DNA from: an uncultured Desulfobacterales bacterium
Lineage (GTDB): Bacteria > Desulfobacterota > Desulfobacteria > Desulfobacterales > JAUVVS01
DNA: 61,455 bases
Assembly (NCBI GenBank): GCA_964561845.1
Contig: CAZLRK010000003.1
Coordinates: forward strand, 1-61,455
Direction of reading: 5' to 3'
The translations under genes were made by a program, and so were the position numbers. The notes below the pieces were generated by a model. That model had not been told where the DNA came from and did not search any database. It saw only the letters and a list, made by a program, of their open reading frames with translations. Of this stretch, positions 37,367 to 47,329 are shown piece by piece (position 1 is the first letter of the stretch; each line of letters opens with the position of its first letter).

Positions 37367-37969
37367 TTATGCCCTTTGAAGAGGCAAATCACTATTATCT
37401 TCAAAGTAAGGATGTAAAATCTCGATAAAATAGTGCAATATTCTGGCTGTAGCTCCCCAGATAACAACATCTTCAAAGGGGTATAAAAGATCCCGGACGT
37501 CAGGTATTTGACCGTGAAACTTGTTTTCTTTATGTATTCGAACAAGTTCTAATAAAGGGATCTTGAAAACTCTTGAAATCTCTTCTGAATCAAAGTGTAT
37601 TGTTCCCTGTCCGTTCCAAAATCCAATAAATACTTCTATGTCGACAAAATTTATTGTTTGGAAATGTCCCATTGAACCCAAGAGTTCAACCTGATCCATG
37701 GTAATGTTAAGTTCTTCTTCGAGTTCACGAAAGGCTGCATCAACCGGACCCGAATCTTCTTTGTCCAGGTGGCCGCCCGGCAGCGCCACCTGGTTTCTCC
37801 ACGGATATCCTTCGTTGTCAGATTTTTGGATTGCTAAAAGATAAGGCTCTTTTACGCCGAAAAGAAGAAGAAATACACATGCCGATTTATAAGAAACGTC
37901 GGTAGGAGGCTGCGGATGAATTACAGTTTCTATAACATGTTTTAAGGCTGGTTTTAATTTTTTAATCAC
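37367..37969 (-). CDS. Nudix hydrolase, CoA pyrophosphatase-like
   Basis: QVALPGG..D..AAFRELEEEL Nudix box; IWGATARI. Confidence 0.85.
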   Translation of the reverse strand: MIKKLKPALKHVIETVIHPQPPTDVSYKSACVFLLLFGVKEPYLLAIQKSDNEGYPWRNQVALPGGHLDKEDSGPVDAAFRELEEELNITMDQVELLGSMGHFQTINFVDIEVFIGFWNGQGTIHFDSEEISRVFKIPLLELVRIHKENKFHGQIPDVRDLLYPFEDVVIWGATARILHYFIEILHPYFEDNSDLPLQRA

Positions 37970-38436
37970 TTAATTTTATTAACAAAATCTTTAAATGCCA
38001 TTTTTTTAAAACTGTTTGTATTAATATATTTAAGGATATCGATTAACATCTTCGGCGGAATATATCCTGGTAGATCGCTGATTTCATTACCCTTTTCCGA
38101 AATGAACCATGATACCGGAAGCCCCATAATATTATAATTGGAAGCAACTTTTTGTTCTTTTTCGACATTAACTTTAATGGAAATAAAGTTTTTATTTAGA
38201 TAGGCGATCACCTTAGGGTCTTTGAAAGTGTCTTTTGCCATTTTCGCGCAATATTTACACCAAGCCGCCCAGAAGTGGAGAAATATTTTTTTCTTCTCAA
38301 TTTTCCCAAGTACTGTGCCTTCATCATATGCGTACCATTTAATACTCTCTGAAGAGGCAAAACCATAAGGCAATCCCCAACAAAAAAGTAATACTATTAG
38401 TATTATAAAACAAATATATTTTTGTTTGGTTTTCAT
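37966..38436 (-). CDS. Exported thioredoxin-fold protein
   Basis: Signal peptide, WCKYC, NFISIKVN, LPGY. Confidence 0.85.
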   Translation of the reverse strand: MKTKQKYICFIILIVLLFCWGLPYGFASSESIKWYAYDEGTVLGKIEKKKIFLHFWAAWCKYCAKMAKDTFKDPKVIAYLNKNFISIKVNVEKEQKVASNYNIMGLPVSWFISEKGNEISDLPGYIPPKMLIDILKYINTNSFKKMAFKDFVNKIK

Positions 38437-39140
38437 AGGCTAACTCTTATTAAAAAATTAAGCTGATTGGATACAAGTAATAGACCCATCAGTATCAACA
38501 GGATTCCTGCTACCAGATTTATATATTTTATTCCCAAAGATGCCCTCTTTATGAATACAAGAAGAAAATTTATAAAAACAGACATTATAAGAAAAGGCAA
38601 GGCAAGTCCTGAAGAATATATGGCAAGCAGCAAAACACCTTGCCACACAGTTTCCTGACTGCCGGCGACAATAAGGATAGATCCAAGCAAGGGGCCGATG
38701 CAAGGGCTCCAGCCGGCCCCAAATGCCATACCAATAATAAATATTCCGAATAAATGCAAAGGTTTTTTGTGAAAATGCATCCGCTTTTCAAAATCGAGAG
38801 CCTTTATACGGATTAAACCCGTTAAATGGACACCGAGAACAATAATTAAAATGCCACCAATTATCCTGATTAATTCTTTGTATTTAGTGGTAATGCCTCC
38901 GAGATAGGAAGCTGAAGCACCCATGAGAATGAAAACAAATGAAAAACCGGCTACGTATAAGACAGTTGAAGTAAAAACTTTTTTTCTGATTTCCGCATTA
39001 ATATTGTCGGTCAGTTCTTCTAATGAAAAACCTGTTATAAAGGTAAAATATACAGGTATAAGCGGCAGTATACAGGGGGAAAAAAAAGAGAGAAGTCCTG
39101 CTAAAAATGCTGCATGATATGTTACGGTTTGAGTAAACAT
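38433..39140 (-). CDS. ccdA: CcdA-type thiol:disulfide transporter
   Basis: SFFSPCILPLIP and GWSPCIGP; six TM helices. Confidence 0.9.
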   Translation of the reverse strand: MFTQTVTYHAAFLAGLLSFFSPCILPLIPVYFTFITGFSLEELTDNINAEIRKKVFTSTVLYVAGFSFVFILMGASASYLGGITTKYKELIRIIGGILIIVLGVHLTGLIRIKALDFEKRMHFHKKPLHLFGIFIIGMAFGAGWSPCIGPLLGSILIVAGSQETVWQGVLLLAIYSSGLALPFLIMSVFINFLLVFIKRASLGIKYINLVAGILLILMGLLLVSNQLNFLIRVSL

Positions 39141-39174
39141 AATAGAGATAGGAAATGCATAAATTGCCTAAAAT

Positions 39175-39280
39175 GACCTGCCCGCCAATGCCTATATGCT
39201 TATAAATCATCAGCCTTCCTAAACAATGAGACGGAATTTTGAATACACCGTAACTCATAAATGGCTATGGCAGGCGGGTC
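39175..39280. mobile_element. 106-bp inverted-repeat element inserted in an aatgcctaa tandem repeat
   Basis: gacctgcccgcca / tggcaggcgggtc ends; direct repeat TAAAAT at 39169-39174 and 39281-39286. Confidence 0.55.
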
Positions 39281-39320
39281 TAAAATGCCTAAAATAAAGG
39301 AACTAAAGGGTAAGCCGGAA

Positions 39321-39418
39321 GAGTTATTCGTTATCTGTTATTCGTTATTAGTTTGAGGTCGGTCATTGAAAATGGATTTTAGTCATTCCATTAACCAATA
39401 ACAAATAACCAATAACTC
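39321..39418. repeat. Inverted heptamer arrays (gttattc / Naataac)
   Basis: gttattc gttatct gttattc gttatta (39323-39350) versus caataac aaataac caataac (39396-39416). Confidence 0.75.
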
Positions 39419-39492
39419 AGGTGGCATTTTCTAATATGAAAAATATTTTTCCTAAAAAGCACAAATTTCAAGACTCAGAAGCTGAGGTAAAT

Positions 39493-39690
39493 TCATCCTC
39501 CGGAAATCATGGGAATCAGAAATATCTCTGAATTATCGGGAATAAGGGTCTTTTTAAAATCCGGTCTTGATACGAATTTACCATTTATTTTTACAACGGC
39601 ATAGTGTCTGGGGTCGTCTAAATCTTTGAGTAGATCCGCAACAGTCATTCCCTCACGCCATGGTATACTTTCATCCTTTATTTTGATCAT
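39493..39690 (-). CDS. ThiS/MoaD-family sulfur carrier
   Basis: 65 aa, beta-grasp-like, C-terminal GG; overlaps the aor stop codon. Confidence 0.85.
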   Translation of the reverse strand: MIKIKDESIPWREGMTVADLLKDLDDPRHYAVVKINGKFVSRPDFKKTLIPDNSEIFLIPMISGG

Positions 39691-41831
39691 TCTTCGATTC
39701 CGTTTTCCTTGAGCACTTCTAAGACTTCAGGAAGATCAATACCAAGCCGTTTTACGGTTTCAATTGTTGGAATACCGTCATTAGTCCAGCCCCTTCGTTT
39801 ATATACCGCGTCCTTGAGTTTTTCATATTGTTCCTCACGAAATTTACGTAAAAGCTTGATTTTCTCCTCTGTGTTCTTCCCAGTGATATCTGTTTTATGT
39901 TTTTCAGTAAGTTGTTTGTCATACCTGTCCTGCCGGGATTCATATTCATCAACCGTCACAGGTCCAACGGCGCGGTAGGGAATAGTGTCATGCTCGCGAC
40001 GACCAAAGCCCATTTTCAGATTGAAGATGCGTTGGAAATTATATACTGCTTCACTCATAATTATAAGATCATCGGGTGTCTTCTTTATTCCTGTAATAGC
40101 ACTGAAGTAATCCGCATACCACTGCACGTGTTTCATTACCTTGGCAGGCTCCGGCATATCCTTGTTGTCTTCAGGAACAATATCGTTCCAGGGAAGTTTG
40201 CACAGGCCGCATAAACCGAACCATGTTCGGAGCATTGGGAACCAGTGGAGAGCTTCTGCCTTTTGTTCAAAGGTCGGCATGAAATTATGTACCATATCAA
40301 GAAAGATCAGCCATGCTTCGTCATGCTGAGGGCCCTTGAGTGCCAGACCGTATCCACCCTGTTGAGCAAGAGATTCTTTTGTCATGTACTCGGAAAACTC
40401 AAGCCCCTTTGACTCCATACCTATATCACGCAATAGTTCAGCATCAGCGCCATAGTCCACGGCAAAGATTCTTTTCATTTTTCGAATACCTTGACCTATA
40501 ATTTTTCCAAAGCCCTCACCTTTGGCCATTTGATGTAACAGCTCCAGAGCGCTCATCCGGTTGCCAAAAGAAAGGTCCATACCTTTTGTATGAGACTCAT
40601 CAATCAAACCCTTCTCAAAACATTCCATTGCAAAAGCAATCGATGTCCCTACCGAGATCGTATCAAGGCCATAGGTGTCACAATAAAAATTCATCTCAAC
40701 TACTGTAAATGGGTCAAAGACGCCTATATTTGAACCACAGCCTGCAATTGTTTCATATTCCGGTCCGTCAACAAAGACTTTCTTTCCCTTGTAAGGGCCT
40801 GTAAGGGGAACAAAATCTTTAACACCATGCGCACAGGCAACGGTGCATCCCAACCAGCACCCGTCATAGCCTTTGTCAAATATACGTCTGTACGCTTCAG
40901 CACCTATATTGGGGGCTTCGGGATGTTTACCATACTGGAAATTATTTGTAGGCAGTAGATCATAATCATTCATAATGGTAACGATATGTGTAGTACCTAT
41001 CCTTGACATTTCGTTTTGCTTTGGATCGAGATTTACAATTTCGCGAGAGTATTCTTTCCCAATCTCTTTTATTAAAGACTTATCTGCCGGATTATTTGAG
41101 CTTAAAGTAACATTATCCCATCGAGTCACAATTGCTTTTATACCTTTATCAGCAAAAACACTGCCTATACCACCGCGTCCCGCCTGTTTATATCTCACTC
41201 GTTTACGTTTTGAATCATACCATGTGAAGTTAAGACATCCAATCAGGGTGTGTTTTGCGCCGGGACCCGTAGAGACCACGGAAATGTTACGAGATTTACC
41301 ACTGCCAAATTGCTCTGTTAAAATCGCTGATAATTCATATGATTCCTCCGCCAATTCAACGGCCTCAAAAATTTGAATTTTCTTATCAATACCATCAATA
41401 TAAATAAGAATATCTTTTGATGATTTTCCTGTTATTTCTAGCGCGTCAAATCCCGAAAATTTCAGATAAGGGCCAAAATATCCCCCAACGTTGGAATCCA
41501 TAACAGACTCCGTTGTCGGGGAGATTGTAGTTACAATACTTTTTCCGGAACCAGGGAATACCGGAGTCCCTCCCATAGGTCCCGATCCAATACATATTGC
41601 ATTCTCAGGATCATTCCATTTTGTATTCTTCTTGACGGCATTCCACAGCAGCCAGAGATCAAACCCTTTGCCGCCGACAAAGGTTGATTTAATTTCTTCA
41701 GGTACTTTCTTAATAGAAATATCTAAACCAGAAATGTCTATACAAAGAAACTGGTCAGCATATCCTTTATTTATAGTTGGTCTTTCATAGCTAATGGTTT
41801 TCAATTCTTTTAAATTTTCATATTCAGTCAT
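39687..41831 (-). CDS. aor: Aldehyde:ferredoxin oxidoreductase (W-pterin family)
   Basis: DSNVGGYFG, QAGRGG, CWLGCTVAC, GPEYET, CDTYGLDTIS, GLCKLPW. Confidence 0.88.
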   Translation of the reverse strand: MTEYENLKELKTISYERPTINKGYADQFLCIDISGLDISIKKVPEEIKSTFVGGKGFDLWLLWNAVKKNTKWNDPENAICIGSGPMGGTPVFPGSGKSIVTTISPTTESVMDSNVGGYFGPYLKFSGFDALEITGKSSKDILIYIDGIDKKIQIFEAVELAEESYELSAILTEQFGSGKSRNISVVSTGPGAKHTLIGCLNFTWYDSKRKRVRYKQAGRGGIGSVFADKGIKAIVTRWDNVTLSSNNPADKSLIKEIGKEYSREIVNLDPKQNEMSRIGTTHIVTIMNDYDLLPTNNFQYGKHPEAPNIGAEAYRRIFDKGYDGCWLGCTVACAHGVKDFVPLTGPYKGKKVFVDGPEYETIAGCGSNIGVFDPFTVVEMNFYCDTYGLDTISVGTSIAFAMECFEKGLIDESHTKGMDLSFGNRMSALELLHQMAKGEGFGKIIGQGIRKMKRIFAVDYGADAELLRDIGMESKGLEFSEYMTKESLAQQGGYGLALKGPQHDEAWLIFLDMVHNFMPTFEQKAEALHWFPMLRTWFGLCGLCKLPWNDIVPEDNKDMPEPAKVMKHVQWYADYFSAITGIKKTPDDLIIMSEAVYNFQRIFNLKMGFGRREHDTIPYRAVGPVTVDEYESRQDRYDKQLTEKHKTDITGKNTEEKIKLLRKFREEQYEKLKDAVYKRRGWTNDGIPTIETVKRLGIDLPEVLEVLKENGIEE

Positions 41832-41835
41832 AATA

Positions 41836-42684
41836 TCAATCCTTTTGGTTTGCGAAGTTTTTTATCATCATTTCTCCCAATTCGGTAGATCTTTGTGAAG
41901 CTGCTTCAACGGCATTGATTAATGTAGTTCGGAGTCCGCCTTTTTCTAATGTATGAATACCGGCAATAGCTGTTCCTCCGGGGGAGGTGACTTTATCCTT
42001 TAAGCTTCCCGGGTGTTCTTTTGTTTCCTTTAATAATTTCGCTGCCCCCAAAACCGTTTGGATTGCAAGAAATTGAGAATCCTGTCTTGAAAGGCCCATC
42101 TTTACTCCAGCATCGGCAAGGGCATCAACAATTATAAAGATATATGCAGGACCGCTACCGCTTAATCCAGTGATAGCATCCATTAAAATATTTTCTTCAA
42201 TAAAAACACTTTCTCCCACTGAATCGAAAATTTCTTTTGCCAGATTAATGTCACCGTCAAGAACATGTTTTCCTGCAGCAATTGCAGTAGCTCCCTCCCT
42301 GACGAATGCAGCAATATTGGGCATGACACGGATGAGCCGTAAATCTTTTCCAAGACGCGACTCGATCGCAGCCAGAGGAACGCCGGCAGCAATTGAGATA
42401 ATTAGCTTTGACATATCAAGGTATGAAGCTGTTTCCCGAAGTATCGAAGCCATTATCTGTGGTTTAATCGCATAGATTACGATTTCCGACATCTCGATTG
42501 CTTCTATGTTGTTTGTTGTAGTAGTAACACCATATTCTTCATTAATCCTTTTGAGGTTATCCTCCCGAACATCAGAGCAGATGATATTCGCGGGGTTGGA
42601 TGATCCGTTACCAATTAGTCCGCCAACAAGGGCCTCACCCATATTCCCTGTTCCGATTATGCTGATCTTCTTATCATTTAACAT
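41836..42684 (-). CDS. proC: Pyrroline-5-carboxylate reductase
   Basis: IGTGNMG, RVMPN, GLSGSGPAY, VTSPGGTAI. Confidence 0.95.
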   Translation of the reverse strand: MLNDKKISIIGTGNMGEALVGGLIGNGSSNPANIICSDVREDNLKRINEEYGVTTTTNNIEAIEMSEIVIYAIKPQIMASILRETASYLDMSKLIISIAAGVPLAAIESRLGKDLRLIRVMPNIAAFVREGATAIAAGKHVLDGDINLAKEIFDSVGESVFIEENILMDAITGLSGSGPAYIFIIVDALADAGVKMGLSRQDSQFLAIQTVLGAAKLLKETKEHPGSLKDKVTSPGGTAIAGIHTLEKGGLRTTLINAVEAASQRSTELGEMMIKNFANQKD

Positions 42685-42834
42685 TATCTATATTCTCCTT
42701 ACATCATAAAAATATTGCCTTTTTGTTGCGTAACTTTAAAGATTAGTTTTTATAGAGTCAAGAGAAAAGATGCTTTCTATAATTTGACAAAAATTACTTT
42801 GATATTATGAGATATCAATGATATCACTATTATT

Positions 42835-43623
42835 ATGAAACCGTTTAAAGAGTTCCCTGAACATTTAAGAAAGAAAATTCGTTATATTCTAACTGATATC
42901 GATGACACGCTGACTGTAAATGGTCGTTTGCCTTCAGAGGTTTTTGCTGCAATGGATCTTTTACAAGATGCGGGATTCCATATAATACCGATTACCGGAA
43001 GGCCGGCCGGATGGTGCGATCATATTGCGAGAATGTGGCCGGTAGATGGAGTAGTTGGAGAAAATGGCGCATTTTACTTCAGTTATGACGAACAACAAAA
43101 AAAAATGCGGAGACGGTACTGGAAATCAGAAGTTGAACGAGAAGAAGATCGAAAGAAATTAGAGATTATAAAACACAAAATTTTAAATGAAGTTGATGGA
43201 TGCGGTGTCTCTGCCGACCAGGCATATCGTGAAGCTGATCTTGCAATTGACTTTTGTGAAGATGTTCCTCCCCTTCCCATGGAAGACATCGAGCGAATTG
43301 TTAACTATTTTGAAGAAGCAGGTGCTCAGGCTAAGATGAGTTCAATCCATGTGAACGGCTGGTTTGGAAGCTATGATAAATTAGCTATGAGCAGGATTCT
43401 GTTTGATGAAGTTTTTAAGATAAGTCTGGATAGTATCAGAGAAAAGGTGATATTCACCGGCGATTCTCCCAATGACGCGCCGATGTTTGCTTTTTTTCCG
43501 CATTCAATAGGCATGGCCAATATCCTGCATTTCAAAGGAAAAATAGCCACTGAACCGGCCTGGATTACAAAAAAGGAGGGTGGATACGGCTTTGCGGAAA
43601 TGGTTGAGACTGTTCTTTCTTAG
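42835..43623 (+). CDS. HAD-superfamily IIB hydrolase
   Basis: TDIDDTLT, ITGRP, GDSPND. Confidence 0.88.
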   Translation: MKPFKEFPEHLRKKIRYILTDIDDTLTVNGRLPSEVFAAMDLLQDAGFHIIPITGRPAGWCDHIARMWPVDGVVGENGAFYFSYDEQQKKMRRRYWKSEVEREEDRKKLEIIKHKILNEVDGCGVSADQAYREADLAIDFCEDVPPLPMEDIERIVNYFEEAGAQAKMSSIHVNGWFGSYDKLAMSRILFDEVFKISLDSIREKVIFTGDSPNDAPMFAFFPHSIGMANILHFKGKIATEPAWITKKEGGYGFAEMVETVLS

Positions 43624-43717
43624 GGCTTTAGTCCATCATATAAACCCTTGCCCTCAGGGCAAGATCAGAGTTCATTGGCTTTGCCTGAAAAGAATAAACG
43701 CGGGATATCGAATTTAT

Positions 43718-43889
43718 AAACCCCAAATTCCAAGCACCAAATTACAAATAAATCTCAAATTTCAATATCCAATGACCTAAACAAATTTTGGTTTTTCTTC
43801 TTCAAGATCAAAGAGTTTGGAATTTTGAATTTCGGTTCCGCCTGCGGCGGATTATTTGTTTGATATTTGATATTTGTTATTTGGAATTT
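43718..43889. repeat. Inverted heptamer arrays inside a larger element related to 58320-58680
   Basis: aaattcc/aagcacc/aaattac... versus ...tgatatt tgttatt tggaattt; mini-hairpin tccgcctgcggcgga (43837-43851); flanking ggtccttggggcccggat. Confidence 0.7.
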
Positions 43890-43986
43890 AAATGATTCCA
43901 TTTGAGATAGATACACCCCTATGAGGTGAAACCAAAGCCGGGTCCTTGGGGCCCGGATTCTTTACTTTGTATTATCGATGAAGTAA

Positions 43987-44403
43987 TTATCCGGGTATTT
44001 CAATATTGTTGAAAAAATAGCTTATTTCAAAGGCGGCGGTTTCCGGTGAATCTGAGCCGTGAACTATGTTTGCCTGGATGTCCCTTGCAAAATCCCTGCG
44101 AATAGTCCCCTCTGCAGCTTCTTTATAATTGGTAGCCCCCATTATTTCGCGGTTTTTCTTGATAACATTTTTTCCTTCAAGAATCATGACAACAACAGGC
44201 CCTGACGCCATAAAATCCGTTACACTGTCAAAAAAAGGTCGTTCTTTATGCACTGCATAAAAGCCTTCTGCCTGTGACTTTGTCATCCGTATCATTTTTA
44301 TGGCAATAATTTTTATATCATTTTTTTCAAAACGTTTTATAACCTCGCCAATGAGTTTCCGCTCAACACCGTCCGGTTTAATAATAGATAAAGTTCTTTC
44401 CAT
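43987..44403 (-). CDS. ndk: Nucleoside diphosphate kinase
   Basis: [22 protein letters not shown]. Confidence 0.97.
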   Translation of the reverse strand: MERTLSIIKPDGVERKLIGEVIKRFEKNDIKIIAIKMIRMTKSQAEGFYAVHKERPFFDSVTDFMASGPVVVMILEGKNVIKKNREIMGATNYKEAAEGTIRRDFARDIQANIVHGSDSPETAAFEISYFFNNIEIPG

Positions 44404-44509
44404 GATTTTCTTATCCTCTCGTTAGAATTTTGATTTACAGTGCAATATCAAACAGAAATCTTCAAGTCAACTGTTGTCAACATTTCAATGTGTAATACCT
44501 AAAAAATTA

Positions 44510-44805
44510 ATAACGTTCAAAAGTGTGCGCATAATTGTTTTCCCAACAAATGGGATCCATTTAACAATCATTCGGTAATGCATATTTCCAAAAGACGATA
44601 TCAATTTACCTATTAGGGGGTGATCAAATATTTGGGATTTAACAGACAGTTTCTTGAACAATAGGGCTTATGTAGCGCAAATCCCAAATATTTAATCTAT
44701 GTGAGCAGTCGAGGAATTATACAGTGATATCGTCTTTTGAGAACATCCATTACCTTTTCAAATTTTAACCGCTTGCAAAGAAATGCGCACACTTTTGAAC
44801 GTTAC
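44510..44805. mobile_element. MITE-like family B, complete copy (296 bp)
   Basis: 21-bp inverted termini taacgttcaaaagtgtgcgca / tgcgcacacttttgaacgtta; flanking AAAAATTA repeat; nested inverted repeats. Confidence 0.85.
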
Positions 44806-44907
44806 TAAAAATTATAATTGTTGTGCCATTGCTGTTGACAAAAAGCTTTTCAAAATGTTAAACGGTCGATATTCATATGAAACTTGCAATATGAGACAGG
44901 AGTAACA

Positions 44908-45402
44908 ATGCCCATATATGAATTCTATTGTGCGGACTGTAATACGATTTTTAATTTCTTTTCAAAAACTATAAATACAAAAAAAATTCCTCTATGCCCG
45001 AAATGCAAAACAAAAAAGCTTTCAAGACAGGTTTCTCTTTTTTCATTTACAGGAAAGGCTAATGAAGACAGCGATCTTGATGATCTTCCTTTTGATGAAA
45101 GTAAGATGGAGCAGGCCATGAATATGCTGGCGGGAGAGGCTGATAAAATAAATGAAGACGACCCACGCCAGGCTGCTAATCTTATGCGAAAGCTCTCTGA
45201 TATGACCGGCATGGAACTCGGTCCAAGTATGGATGAGGCCTTGAGCCGAATGGAAAAAGGTGAAAATCCGGAACAGATAGAGGCTGAAATGGGGGATCTA
45301 CTGGAAGGTGAAGAGCCCTTTTTACTGCCGGAGAAAAAGGGAAAAGGTAAAAAAGTAAAACGGCCAGATCCATTAAGAGATGAAACGCTTTATGATCTTT
45401 AA
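44908..45402 (+). CDS. FmdB-family zinc-ribbon protein
   Basis: MPIYEFYCADC..CPKC; acidic C-terminus. Confidence 0.85.
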   Translation: MPIYEFYCADCNTIFNFFSKTINTKKIPLCPKCKTKKLSRQVSLFSFTGKANEDSDLDDLPFDESKMEQAMNMLAGEADKINEDDPRQAANLMRKLSDMTGMELGPSMDEALSRMEKGENPEQIEAEMGDLLEGEEPFLLPEKKGKGKKVKRPDPLRDETLYDL

Positions 45403-45431
45403 TCTTTGTCCTAAAGATTGACGAGGTAGAT

Positions 45432-45962
45432 ATGGAAAATGAAATACTTGATAGAATTGAGATTGTGCAAGGGGATATTACAAAGATGGATGTTGACGCC
45501 ATTGTCAACGCAGCAAACAAGTCGTTACTGGGCGGAGGAGGCGTAGACGGAGCAATTCACAGGGTTGCAGGACGGAAGCTTTTAGAAGAATGCCGTACAA
45601 TCGGAGGATGTCCCACCGGAGAAGCAAGGATAACCAAAGGATATAACCTTTCTGCAAAATATGTAATTCACACGGTAGGACCGATTTACAGGGGGAAACC
45701 TCAAGACAGCGTTCTTCTCACTCAATGCTACACTAATAGCCTGCGACTTGCTGTAGAAAACAATGTTACCTCCATCGCGTTTCCCGCAATAAGTTGCGGG
45801 GTATACGGATATCCCATAAATGAGGCCTGTAAGATTGCAATCGATACAACTTGCAATTTTCTCAAAGAAAATCAACCTATTAGCAAGGTGATGTTTGTCC
45901 TTTTTTCCTCCAGCGATTATCAGGTTTACGTTAACTATTTGAATAAATATGATAGATTTTGA
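45432..45962 (+). CDS. ymdB: Macro-domain O-acetyl-ADP-ribose deacetylase
   Basis: GDITK..DAIVNAAN..LLGGGGVDGAIH..IHTVGP..AFPAISCGVYGYP. Confidence 0.92.
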   Translation: MENEILDRIEIVQGDITKMDVDAIVNAANKSLLGGGGVDGAIHRVAGRKLLEECRTIGGCPTGEARITKGYNLSAKYVIHTVGPIYRGKPQDSVLLTQCYTNSLRLAVENNVTSIAFPAISCGVYGYPINEACKIAIDTTCNFLKENQPISKVMFVLFSSSDYQVYVNYLNKYDRF

Positions 45963-45971
45963 TATTCTTTA

Positions 45972-46000
45972 TTGACAAAAATAATAATCGTGACTAATTT
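45972..46000 (+). promoter_or_regulatory. sigma70 promoter of the HesB-like gene
   Basis: TTGACA-N17-TAATTT. Confidence 0.55.
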
Positions 46001-46064
46001 ATTCTGAATTAATTATAAGCAAAATTGAGTAAATTGTTTTTATTTACTTTACAAGGAGGCTAAA

Positions 46065-46376
46065 ATGATAGAAGTAACACAACCGGCAACAGAGCAAATA
46101 GCTGAATATTTTAAAGACAAACAGGCTTCGCCCATTCGGATCTTTTTAAACGAAGGTGGTTGAGGGGGCCCCTCCCTTGCAATGGCTCTGGATGAGCCAA
46201 GAGATACCGATGATGTTTTTGAAGTTGATGGTTTCAAGTACATTGTAAATAAAGAGTTCATGGAAAGGGCAAAACCGATAAAGGTAGATTATCAAGTTTA
46301 TGGCTTTAAAGTTGACTCCGGTATAGATTTAGGGGAAGGCTGTAAGAGCTGCGGATCAACTGAATCCTGTAGCTAA
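46065..46376 (+). CDS. HesB/IscA-like selenoprotein (UGA 46161-46163)
   Basis: RBS AAGGAGG; MIEVT..IRIFLNEGG-U-GGPSLAMALDE; hairpin TGGCTC-TGGAT-GAGCCA (46183-46199); C-terminal CKSC. Confidence 0.88.
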
Positions 46377-46394
46377 TACAAAATAAATTGACAA

Positions 46395-46434
46395 AAAGGG
46401 CAACTATCCATGTGGTGTTGCCCTTTCTTTCTTT
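46395..46434 (+). terminator. Rho-independent terminator
   Basis: Stem aaagggcaac / gttgcccttt followed by a U-rich tract. Confidence 0.65.
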
Positions 46435-46576
46435 GAGACCTTTGCAAAACGCCCCCTTTTGTCCAATTTCTGTGTTAGGCTCAAATTTTAATCCTCGAAA
46501 TACTCAATGTATGCCTGTGGTTAAAATTCTCGCCTGCCTTGAACTTGAACAAAATTGAACATTTTTCAAAGGTCTC
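46435..46576. mobile_element. MITE-like family E (142 bp)
   Basis: Termini GAGACCTTTGCAAAA / TTTTTCAAAGGTCTC; second copy at 61317. Confidence 0.85.
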
Positions 46577-46587
46577 TCTTCTTGATT

Positions 46588-46639
46588 TTCGTGATGATTA
46601 TCCTTGGAGCGATTGAATAAAAAAACTCCCCGACCCCTG
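46588..46639 (-). mobile_element. Terminal fragment of family C
   Basis: Reverse complement of about 21864-21914 (ttcgtgatgattatcc..aaaaactccccgacccctg). Confidence 0.75.
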
Positions 46640-46693
46640 AAAATAATAACTACTCCGGCCCCAAAACCCTTTCAGCATTAATCAAAGTTCCCA

Positions 46694-47308
46694 CTATTTT
46701 ACACATGGAATACAAAGCAGCTTGCCGTTTTCACCAGCTATCATTTTAGTTGACATGGTCATCTCACCGCATTTCGCACAGGCTTTTGAAGGAGCTAATG
46801 GAGCATAAGACGGCATAATAAATTTTTGCTTAATAGTTGTAAATACTTCATCAAAAGGTCTCGAAAGAAGATCCTCTGATTTTAGCAGCTTTTGGCGCCA
46901 TTTTTCTTTTTCGGTTGCCGAACCAGAAGAAATGGCTTTATCAAGCCGGTCAAACTCATCTTTATATTTACCTTTATAACTGAAAAAATCATTTCTGAAA
47001 AAACGATAAGCCCCTTTTGATGAACGGTTAAGGATTGTATAGGCATTTTTCCCATAATTTTTAATAATAAGGTTACCTTTTCCAGCCGTGGTGCCGAGTA
47101 GCACTTGAAGTGCATCAACAGCGCATGAATCATTTTCACAGATTGTGACCACCTCTTCATCTCTTGATCGTTTAAGTTCGAGAAGACTTATTGCCTCTTT
47201 AGCAACAAGGTAGCCATATATAAGACCCGGGCATAGGTGCCCATGAAATGCAATGCATTCTTTGAGATCTTCCGGTATATTTAGTTCTATGTTTTCCATA
47301 TTTTCCAT
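46694..47308 (-). CDS. FmdE/FwdE-family protein
   Basis: FHGHLCPG, ENDSCAVDALQ, GKGNL; C-terminal CAKCGE..CIPC. Confidence 0.88.
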   Translation of the reverse strand: MENMENIELNIPEDLKECIAFHGHLCPGLIYGYLVAKEAISLLELKRSRDEEVVTICENDSCAVDALQVLLGTTAGKGNLIIKNYGKNAYTILNRSSKGAYRFFRNDFFSYKGKYKDEFDRLDKAISSGSATEKEKWRQKLLKSEDLLSRPFDEVFTTIKQKFIMPSYAPLAPSKACAKCGEMTMSTKMIAGENGKLLCIPCVK

Positions 47309-47329
47309 AAACAACCTCTTCAATAATCT

